A stretch of 64,000 bases of DNA from Caldisericota bacterium (GTDB taxonomy: Bacteria; Caldisericota; Caldisericia; JAAYUI01). The notes beneath the pieces were generated by a model. It saw only the letters and a list, made by a program, of their open reading frames with translations. It ran no database searches and was not told the origin of the DNA. Position numbers and translations under genes: made by a program. The stretch is taken from positions 26,046 through 90,045 of the forward strand of contig JAKPMO010000005.1 of NCBI GenBank assembly GCA_029548865.1, written 5' to 3'. Below are positions 53,385 to 61,495 of the stretch, in pieces. The first letter of the stretch is position 1, and the number at the start of each line of letters is the position of its first letter.

Positions 53385-55644
53385 GAAAATTAGAGAAGAG
53401 TTTATCGAGTATCTGGAAGGGTCACTGCCAAAAGGTAGGCATGAAGCCTTTGAAAAACACCTTGCAGACTGCAGGGAGTGCAAAAAAGAATTTGAATCAT
53501 TCAAGACGCTTACTGAAAAAATAACGAAACACCTTGAATCACAGGCTTCTTCTCTCAACCCGCCAGCAATGCTGTGGGGAAAAATACTCAAGGAAGCCCA
53601 ATCATCCAAAAAACACAGGAAATTTTCTTTTCTTCTCAAGCCAGCGATTGGCATTGCAGCATGCCTGGCAATCCTTCTTGCGGGTGTCTTTACCCCAGTT
53701 TTCGGAGCCGAAGGCAATCTTATAAATTATATCAGCTCCAACATAATCAACAGTGCCGCAAACGACCTTGAATCAATCTACCAGGACGAACAGTCCGGAG
53801 GAATATACAAAGCCGTAGCAATTGACAAAGCAATCCAGGATGCCGGTCTGACAGACGAGCAGTATTGGGACCTGAGAGACAAGGGCCTCACAGACAAAGA
53901 TATACTCATTGCCGCATATATCAAAAACAATACAAACACCGAATTTGACAATATTGTTGGGCTAAGACTTGCCCCGTGGGGCTGGGGAAGAATAGCAAAC
54001 CACCTCGGAGTATCAGTTTTTTCTGTAGACCCGGCAATAGCTTTCCCAATAATCGAGAGAAAGCGAATGATTCTCGATGCTTCAGAACTTGAGATCAACG
54101 CAGAAGTACTTGACCATACAATAGTTCCAATGAATTTTGGCGGGCCAATACCAGTGCCAGAAGACACATCTCCTATGGACGAGAGTGGAAATCCCATGTC
54201 CTGGGAAGAAGTCAAAATGATGGGATGTGCAAGAATGCGCTTTGAGATGAAACATGGCGCACCAGGACCAAGGCCCATCATCATGCCAGGGCACTGCCCA
54301 AACGAGTATTTTGAAACAACTGGCAATATAGCAGACATTGGAGAAGGAATTGCCACAGTCCAGACCCCTCAAGGCCCGATGCAAGTAAGATTCATTGAGG
54401 GTGAAACCGCAATGATGGGTGAAATAGGCGAGGGAATGCCGATAAGGGTCAAGGGGCTAAGGTTTGGCCCCAGAGTGATAGCACGTTTTGTCGCACCAAT
54501 GGATGAAAACAAAAACGGGCAATCGCAACCGAAAAGTCCCAAAGATGGTGGTAGCAATACTCAAGCACCGAGCAGTGGGAACAAAACTGGAGAAAACAAA
54601 CCAACACCAAAATCTCCTGCAAATAGCGGAACAAAAGATACATCCAAAAAAACCGGCACTGGCAACAAGAACCAGTCTGGCACCCCCGATTACCTGAATT
54701 CGACTTTTGAAACAACGCTCAAAAACATCAGCGAGACAAAGATAACAACAGATGTAGGCCAGTTCCTCATCAACCAAAACACCCTGGTAACTGTAAAGTT
54801 TGATGGAAACGAATTTGCCTTGCATCCAAAGATACTTTCAAGGATTGCGAAAAACACGAAATTGACAGTGTCGACCAAAAATGGAGTTTCGACAGCCATC
54901 CTCATTACAAACACAGGATTCTCAATCAAGAAACTCTGGATGATAAAAGATGATTTTAGAAACATGCGATTGCTGTGCGTGGATGAAACTCTCGCAGAAA
55001 AAATAGTTCAACTCATACCAGAAACCTTGGCATCCGACTTCGATGGCATCCAGATACCATCTCAAGAAATATTCCAAGAAATAAGGCCCGGAAATACCCT
55101 GTTGGTTCTGGAATACAAAAACCAGGCCCTGCATATTGCACATGCCGATAAACCACAGCCACCTGAGGAAATAAGGGGAGAGATATCAGAAAAAACCGGG
55201 TCCTTTATTGTCATAAACGGCAAACAGATAAACATAATATCTTCAACCGAGTGCGAGTGCGCCGGGAAAGGGAAAGGCTCCTGCTCACGGAATGAAATCA
55301 ATGTGGGAGACAAAGCTGTCGCAATAGTATTTAAAATAAACGGCAAGATTGTGGCAACAAAGGTCGTCAAGATGCCAAAAGGCATGGGTGGTATGGGCAT
55401 GGGGCAAGGCGATATTAAAAAGCTCCCCAAATTTCAAATCGAATCGTTGACTCGCACCCAAAATGGGATTCAGATCACATTTAAAGATGGGCCAGTGTTA
55501 CTAGTTACCCCAAAAACTGCAATAAAAATCATCAAAAATGGTACCGAAGAAAGACCAGGCTCGCCAGAGGACCTCAAGACGGGCATGATGGTTGGGGTTG
55601 AATTCTCAAACCGCCAGGCCATTCAGATAATTATCGAGCCCTAA
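53374..55644 (+). CDS. anti-sigma factor (zf-HC2, single TM) with ~640-aa extracytoplasmic domain
   Basis: HLADCRECKKE zf-HC2 motif and TM AIGIAACLAILLAGVF. 11-nt overlap with the sigma gene. The C-terminus has three beta-barrel-like (DUF5666/OB-like) units. Confidence 0.8.
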   Translation: MDCKKIREEFIEYLEGSLPKGRHEAFEKHLADCRECKKEFESFKTLTEKITKHLESQASSLNPPAMLWGKILKEAQSSKKHRKFSFLLKPAIGIAACLAILLAGVFTPVFGAEGNLINYISSNIINSAANDLESIYQDEQSGGIYKAVAIDKAIQDAGLTDEQYWDLRDKGLTDKDILIAAYIKNNTNTEFDNIVGLRLAPWGWGRIANHLGVSVFSVDPAIAFPIIERKRMILDASELEINAEVLDHTIVPMNFGGPIPVPEDTSPMDESGNPMSWEEVKMMGCARMRFEMKHGAPGPRPIIMPGHCPNEYFETTGNIADIGEGIATVQTPQGPMQVRFIEGETAMMGEIGEGMPIRVKGLRFGPRVIARFVAPMDENKNGQSQPKSPKDGGSNTQAPSSGNKTGENKPTPKSPANSGTKDTSKKTGTGNKNQSGTPDYLNSTFETTLKNISETKITTDVGQFLINQNTLVTVKFDGNEFALHPKILSRIAKNTKLTVSTKNGVSTAILITNTGFSIKKLWMIKDDFRNMRLLCVDETLAEKIVQLIPETLASDFDGIQIPSQEIFQEIRPGNTLLVLEYKNQALHIAHADKPQPPEEIRGEISEKTGSFIVINGKQINIISSTECECAGKGKGSCSRNEINVGDKAVAIVFKINGKIVATKVVKMPKGMGGMGMGQGDIKKLPKFQIESLTRTQNGIQITFKDGPVLLVTPKTAIKIIKNGTEERPGSPEDLKTGMMVGVEFSNRQAIQIIIEP

Positions 55645-58600
55645 TCCATCTTCAGTTTAACTGTTACTATCCTGTTCTTCCCATCCCAGGTAACTTGGGC
55701 ACCAAGCTGTTCTGAGACAAATCTCACTGGAATATAAGTCCTGCCTCCCTGGATTATTGGGGGCGCATCAAGCTGAACCATTGTTCCGCCTGATATTGCA
55801 TAGTCTCTGCCAACCCAGAGGAAAATGACAAGCTTGCCTTTTGTGAAGGTGACCATTTTGGTATCGCCATCCCAGGCAACCGTAGCGCCCAGGGATTCGG
55901 CAAGGAATCTAAACGGAACCATGACTCTTCCATTTTTTAATTGGATGGGTGGCGATGTAATCTGTGTCGCTTCACCATCAACCGTTGCAGTGTAGCTTCC
56001 CACCTGCATCACGATGGTTTTATACTTTATCCTCGGGACAACATTGAAGGAGAATGATTTTGTATTGTTCTCAAGTTGTACTTCACCCTCAGACTCAATA
56101 CTTGCGATTAGAACCATATTACCAGAACCCTGTGGAAGCGGCGCTAGGAAAGAGATGCTTTTTCCTGTTTTTGGCTGGAGACCATCCAGTTGCACTCTTT
56201 TGAACAGGTTTTGCCTGTCTTTTGTGTTCCAGTAAAATGCCACAGTAAACGGGCCGGAAGGAATCTGGGATTTATTCTCAACATAGGCGTCAACTGTAAC
56301 CGCCTCACCTTCGTTGGGTTTTATCGGATAAACGGTGGCCTGTCTGACTTCCAGATCAAGGAACTCGCTCAGATCAAAAATAAAAGCATCACCACCACCG
56401 GAGCAGACGAAAGATATCGTTGTTATGCCACCCTTTACCGTGAAGGAGAACGGCGTGCTTGAAGAAGACGAGAGTGGGGCGCCACCCAAAGCAATTGCAA
56501 CCGAGGCACAGAGACCTTTTGGTCCCTGGCAAAGCATCCTCACCTTTGAATCAGTTTTTTCAACCCATGGTACAGCACAAGTTGAAACAAATATTTTCGG
56601 CGGCTTTAGATCTGCAATCGGGACAGTTATCGGATAATCATTTTTTGGGAACTCCCCGGCTTGTTCTACTTTCGACCATGAAAAGCATGCTTCTACTTGA
56701 TCTTTTTCGGCCTCACAATACTGGCATGGCGGTTTTGGAACATCTTCCTTGAGTTCATTAAAAAAGAGTGCTGCGCCAGTTGAAACATCTCCGTCATAAA
56801 GCATGATGTGGCCGGAACCAGCCTTATAAACCTTTCCCAGCCCCACTTCATGGAGCCCGAACTCTCTGGCTACAATTCTTCCCAGGGAGGTTCTTGATCC
56901 CCACCAAACCTCATTTTTAAACCTTCCATCACCCAGCCTGAAAAGGATATTGCCACCTTTTTCTATCCAATTTTTTATAGTTGAAAGGTCATCCTCTGTC
57001 AAAAATGTCGTTGTTTCATCAATAAAAACCTCTTTGGCTCCAATAAAATCCTGTATTTGGGAGGGTCTACAAAAATAACTATTCTGCGCTAGCTGCAATA
57101 TCCAGTCCGGATGTTGGTTCTGGATGTCAAACTGTGGCGCCCATATAGAACTGTCAGTAACTATCTGCACAAAATCGGTTTTGGCTGTCACCGGTTTGTC
57201 TGGAAGAGACAGAGGCCTGTTTTCGGAAACAGAGGTCCCGAGCAAAAACCCGCTTTCTCTGACCCCATCAATATACGCCCTGGAAGTCTTTTCATCAGAC
57301 ACATACACATAGATACCACGCCCGATAATTCCAGCATCCCTAAAACCGGCATAAAAACCCATCTGGTCTGATGCAAATGCTGGAGGAATGACTGTTACTC
57401 TATCAAATTCTTTTAGCAAAAGATAAGGGGCTATCGCCCTGTCAGGTGAATATGGTGATGGAACTGTTACAGCAACTTTCAACCCTTTTTCTTTGGCCAG
57501 TTTTATGGCCTCTTTTCCAAAACTTTCAACTCTGTCGCAGCAGAACATCCCGGCCTTATATGCCAGATCATCATCGGTTTCAATATTCCCCCAGAGCCTC
57601 TTCGCATAGATTTGGAAAGCATCAATCATCTCTGGTTTTGAAAGGTCAGACATCCTTATTGCGCAATAATCCAGAACAATGCCAGTAAAACCTTCAGCCT
57701 CCCCCATCCAGGTTTTGAGCTCAGCCACTGGGTCTCTATCCAAAAGGATTTTGCCAAATGGAATTATAAGATTTGTATCTCCAAATCTTATTGCCTGTGA
57801 AACCAGCTGTGGATCATAAACATCCTGGTTTAGGACTCCTGGCCATGGCTTTCTGGTTATGTTAGCGCAGAATGGCGAGAGTTTCGGGGTCGAGAGTCCA
57901 AGCGAGTCAGGATATCCATCAGAATTGGAATCATAATATGAAGGGTTGATCCCAAGGAAGCGTTCCACATCATCATCCAACCCATCATTGTCGGTATCGA
58001 GAGGCATTATATCCGCATAGTCGTTCTGCTCGTCAAAATCGGTAAACGCCCTGTCAGCATCAGTGCCATACGCCATCTCGAAACTTGAGGGTAAACTGTC
58101 CTCATCAGGGTCCTGATCAATGCCCCAGGAATACAGCTTGCCAGAGCCCTGTAGTTTTACTTCGTTCAAAGATTGTGGAACTTTTGTAAACAAGCACCCT
58201 GAAAGACTGTATATTTCGAGCCCTTCAGCTTTTATTGAGGCAATATTTTCCGCCTGGCACCAGAAAATGGAATCAGCATGTGGTGGCAGTTTGAAAACAA
58301 TAGGCTCATCGGCACTTAAAATAGCTTCTTTGCCAAAACCAGGAAAAACCATTTTTGAAAGTTCAGTTTGAAAATCCATGCAAGAGAGCCCAAAATAGAT
58401 AGAAACCCTTATAATCTTGAGTTCACCAGTTGCCCTTAGAACAATCGAAGAATTCAGATCGTTGGCCGTCATGAAACCATAGGTAAACTCACCAGATTTC
58501 ATAAGCTCGGTACCCTCAGGAGCACCCCCTGAAGCCAGCAAGACTTTCATGTCTCCGATGCTCTCAATTACAACACCGAGAGGACCAGCTTCAGCTTGGT

Positions 58601-59222
58601 TCACTTTATACTTTACTTCATCACCCTTGGATAACCCCCTGCCACCACCAGGAAGCAAAATCGACGAACCGGCGTTGTCCAGATATGCCTGTTCTGTGGG
58701 GGTTCCAGGGTAAATCTCCACACCTCTCCGGACATATAGTTTCCAGAGGGCAAAAGGTTTTGAAGAGCCTTTCTTCTTTGAGAACTTCACACGCAAGGGC
58801 GAACCGCCAGAAGCATCAAGCCTCAACTGGCGCTTCATCTTTACTGAGATGTCCTCATCAATCTGACCTGATTCAAAGTATTGTTTTAGGGGCTCGCCAT
58901 TGAGGGAGGCCTCAATAACAATACTGCCGGAAGTTTCCACTTCCAGCAGTATTGGGCCTTCACCATCAAACCTTATCTTGTATTCGAAAAAGCCCGTTGA
59001 TCTCCTTGAACAACCCTCCACCCATGTCTCCTGTGCCTGGTCAAGATAGAGACCCTCCATTTGGGAGCATGGAATTATAAGTGCAGATGTAATGCCAAGC
59101 GAGGACGCTTTTTCAGCGTTCCTGACCGGAATAACGGCACAGGTAAAAACTAAAAGGGCCGAAAGATTAAGCGTCGTCCAGAACTTTAATGCCTGGGAGC
59201 TCCTTCCCTTCAAGGAATTCAA
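55641..59222 (-). CDS. large secreted multidomain protein (Ca-binding Asp-rich repeats, CARDB-like domain, two C-terminal copper-amine-oxidase-N-like repeats)
   Basis: TTG 59222 lies 6 nt after GGAGGAGGGG and gives MNSLKGRSSQALKFWTTLNLSALLVFTCAVIPVRNAEKA (signal peptide). DTDNDGLDDD/DSNSDGYPD, CARDB-like EGEAVTVDAYVENKS, and C-terminal GRVMVPFRFLAESLGATVAWD and GRTYIPVRFVSEQLGAQVTWD. Confidence 0.7.
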   Translation of the reverse strand: MNSLKGRSSQALKFWTTLNLSALLVFTCAVIPVRNAEKASSLGITSALIIPCSQMEGLYLDQAQETWVEGCSRRSTGFFEYKIRFDGEGPILLEVETSGSIVIEASLNGEPLKQYFESGQIDEDISVKMKRQLRLDASGGSPLRVKFSKKKGSSKPFALWKLYVRRGVEIYPGTPTEQAYLDNAGSSILLPGGGRGLSKGDEVKYKVNQAEAGPLGVVIESIGDMKVLLASGGAPEGTELMKSGEFTYGFMTANDLNSSIVLRATGELKIIRVSIYFGLSCMDFQTELSKMVFPGFGKEAILSADEPIVFKLPPHADSIFWCQAENIASIKAEGLEIYSLSGCLFTKVPQSLNEVKLQGSGKLYSWGIDQDPDEDSLPSSFEMAYGTDADRAFTDFDEQNDYADIMPLDTDNDGLDDDVERFLGINPSYYDSNSDGYPDSLGLSTPKLSPFCANITRKPWPGVLNQDVYDPQLVSQAIRFGDTNLIIPFGKILLDRDPVAELKTWMGEAEGFTGIVLDYCAIRMSDLSKPEMIDAFQIYAKRLWGNIETDDDLAYKAGMFCCDRVESFGKEAIKLAKEKGLKVAVTVPSPYSPDRAIAPYLLLKEFDRVTVIPPAFASDQMGFYAGFRDAGIIGRGIYVYVSDEKTSRAYIDGVRESGFLLGTSVSENRPLSLPDKPVTAKTDFVQIVTDSSIWAPQFDIQNQHPDWILQLAQNSYFCRPSQIQDFIGAKEVFIDETTTFLTEDDLSTIKNWIEKGGNILFRLGDGRFKNEVWWGSRTSLGRIVAREFGLHEVGLGKVYKAGSGHIMLYDGDVSTGAALFFNELKEDVPKPPCQYCEAEKDQVEACFSWSKVEQAGEFPKNDYPITVPIADLKPPKIFVSTCAVPWVEKTDSKVRMLCQGPKGLCASVAIALGGAPLSSSSSTPFSFTVKGGITTISFVCSGGGDAFIFDLSEFLDLEVRQATVYPIKPNEGEAVTVDAYVENKSQIPSGPFTVAFYWNTKDRQNLFKRVQLDGLQPKTGKSISFLAPLPQGSGNMVLIASIESEGEVQLENNTKSFSFNVVPRIKYKTIVMQVGSYTATVDGEATQITSPPIQLKNGRVMVPFRFLAESLGATVAWDGDTKMVTFTKGKLVIFLWVGRDYAISGGTMVQLDAPPIIQGGRTYIPVRFVSEQLGAQVTWDGKNRIVTVKLKMD

Positions 59223-60348
59223 GCGATGCCCCTCCTCCTGTTGATACGTGCGTGAACTGGTTCGTGAATCCGAACTTTGCCGCAGCGGCCGCAGAATCAC
59301 CTCCGCCGATCACAGACACCTTGACTCCGCCAGCCACGCACTTCATGACGGTCTTGGTGCCCTCGGCAAAACGTTCGTCCTCGAACACGCCTAAAGGGCC
59401 ATTCCACACGACTGTTTCACATTTTGTAAGTTCATCGCAGAACATTTTTGAGGTCTTCGGGCCAATGTCAACGCCTTCCATTCCATCGGGAATGCCATTT
59501 GCAGAAATTTTTATGTCTGTAGGGTTTTTGTAATTGTCCGCAACAATATTGTCAACAGGCAGCAAGACTTTTTTTCCTTTTTTTCTGCATTCCTCAAGGA
59601 ATGTCCTGCAGCTGTCTATCATATCCTTCTGGACAAGCGATGTACCAATACCAATGCCCTGCGAGGCCATGAAAGTAAACGACATCCCACCACCAATGAC
59701 TATCAAGTCAGCGATTTTTTCAAGATTGTAAACGACCTTTATTTTGTCAGAAACCTTGGCCCCGCCAAAAACAACAGCGAACGGCCTTTTGGGATTCTCC
59801 GTGGTGTCGCCAAGATACTTGAGTTCTTTCACCAGAAGTAATCCTGCAACGGCCGGTTTCAGAATAAGGGGAACACCATAGATGCTGGCGTGCTTTCTGT
59901 GGCATGTGCCAAATGCGTCATTCACATAGATCTCACCAAGTGAGGCGAGCTCCTTGGAGAACGATTCATCACATTCCTCTTCTTCTTTGTGGAACCTGAG
60001 ATTTTCCAGCACCAATGCCTCTCCTGGCATGAGCGAGTCAACCATCGAACTGACCTGGCAGCCAACGCAGTCAGGTGCCATCTTTATGGGTTTGTTAATC
60101 AATTCCCTCAAATGTTCTGCGATGGGCTTTAATGAGTATTGCTCAACATATTTGCCGTCAGGTCTCCCCTGATGTGAGCAAATAATAAGCTTTGCGCCAC
60201 GATCTAATAGGTGAGTAATCGTAGGCATGGTGGCAGTGATTCTCGTATCATCAACAATTTTTCCGTTTTCAACAGGCGAATTGAAGTCGGCCCTGAGCAG
60301 CACCCTTTTGTTGAAAACATCAACGCCTTCAACAGTGCGCTTCTTCAC
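59167..60348 (-). CDS. pgk: phosphoglycerate kinase
   Basis: RADFNSP, SHQGRP, and a hinge/C-domain with GGGDSAAA and STGGGASLE. The GTG start directly abuts the gap stop. Confidence 0.93.
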   Translation of the reverse strand: MKKRTVEGVDVFNKRVLLRADFNSPVENGKIVDDTRITATMPTITHLLDRGAKLIICSHQGRPDGKYVEQYSLKPIAEHLRELINKPIKMAPDCVGCQVSSMVDSLMPGEALVLENLRFHKEEEECDESFSKELASLGEIYVNDAFGTCHRKHASIYGVPLILKPAVAGLLLVKELKYLGDTTENPKRPFAVVFGGAKVSDKIKVVYNLEKIADLIVIGGGMSFTFMASQGIGIGTSLVQKDMIDSCRTFLEECRKKGKKVLLPVDNIVADNYKNPTDIKISANGIPDGMEGVDIGPKTSKMFCDELTKCETVVWNGPLGVFEDERFAEGTKTVMKCVAGGVKVSVIGGGDSAAAAAKFGFTNQFTHVSTGGGASLEFLEGKELPGIKVLDDA

Positions 60349-61356
60349 TCACACACCTCTTGTTGCCAGTATGTCGACGACTTCTGCAGATCTGACTGAA
60401 TAGCCCCATTCATTGTCGTACCATATAAGCACCTTGGCCATGTTGTTGCCAACAACCATCGTTGAGAGTGCATCGACAATTCCGGAATAGGTCGAACCCT
60501 TGTAATCACTGGAAACGAGAGGCTCTCTGGAGTATCCAAGGATCCCTTTCAGTTTTCCTTTGCTGGCTTCTTCAAGTTTTTCGTTTATCTGCTCCACATT
60601 GCACTGTTTTTCCAGAGTGCATACAAAATCAGTTATTGAAACAACAGACGTCGGCACCCTGAGGGAGATACCAGTCATCCTGCCTTTCAGTTCAGGGATT
60701 ACTTTTCCAACAGCCTCGGCAGCGCCGGTTGTTGTTGGAATTATATTTGTAGCGGCATTCCTGGCCCTTCTCAAGTCCTTGTGGGGAGCATCAAGAATCT
60801 TCTGGTCATTTGTGTAGGCGTGGACTGTCGTCATAAAACCATTCAGGATGCCAAAGTTCTCGTGAAGAACTTTGGCAACAGGCGCCAGGCTGTTTGTTGT
60901 GCAGGAAGCATTTGAAACAACATGGTGAATTTTTGGGTCGTAGTAGTCGCAGTTCACACCGCGGAGGATCATGTAGTCCGGGTCTTTCATCGGGGCAGAG
61001 ACCATGACTTTTCTTGCGCCTCTGTCAAGATGGACTTTCGCGTCCTTTCCGTTTGCAAACTTGCCGGTGCTCTCCACAACGATGTCCACCTTCATCTCAT
61101 TCCAGGGGAGCTCAAGCGGGGAAAGAACTTTCAGGCACCTGGTCCGCTTGCCGCAACATGTAAAGGTGTCTTTTTCAAGAGTGATCTCATGACCGTAAAC
61201 GCCATAGTTACTGTCATACTTGAGAAGATGGACGAGCGTTTCAGGGTCTGTTATGTCATTGACCGCAACTATGTCGTGCTGTGGGAAATATTCGGAAATG
61301 GCCTTGTAGACTTGCCTTCCAATCCTTCCGAATCCGTTGATAGCAATTCTAGCCAT
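60349..61356 (-). CDS. gap: type I glyceraldehyde-3-phosphate dehydrogenase
   Basis: INGFGRIGR, active site SNASCTTN, and WYDNEWGYS. Confidence 0.95.
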   Translation of the reverse strand: MARIAINGFGRIGRQVYKAISEYFPQHDIVAVNDITDPETLVHLLKYDSNYGVYGHEITLEKDTFTCCGKRTRCLKVLSPLELPWNEMKVDIVVESTGKFANGKDAKVHLDRGARKVMVSAPMKDPDYMILRGVNCDYYDPKIHHVVSNASCTTNSLAPVAKVLHENFGILNGFMTTVHAYTNDQKILDAPHKDLRRARNAATNIIPTTTGAAEAVGKVIPELKGRMTGISLRVPTSVVSITDFVCTLEKQCNVEQINEKLEEASKGKLKGILGYSREPLVSSDYKGSTYSGIVDALSTMVVGNNMAKVLIWYDNEWGYSVRSAEVVDILATRGV

Positions 61357-61495
61357 CTTTCACCTCCAGAACCGATTATGCGCGCCAAAGAATATTTTTC
61401 AACAGTCGCAAAATTCTAGGCAAATCCACACGAATTCAAAAATTTCGCAATTAACCATTTTTCTGGTAATAATTTTTTATAAGGTAAGAGTATTT

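Noticed and set aside
59223-59300. ATG 59300 as the start of the large secreted protein (track annotation)
   Set aside because: It would add 26 residues of R/S/Q-rich sequence translated out of frame from pgk, with no SD. TTG 59222 has a near-perfect SD at optimal spacing and yields a proper signal peptide.
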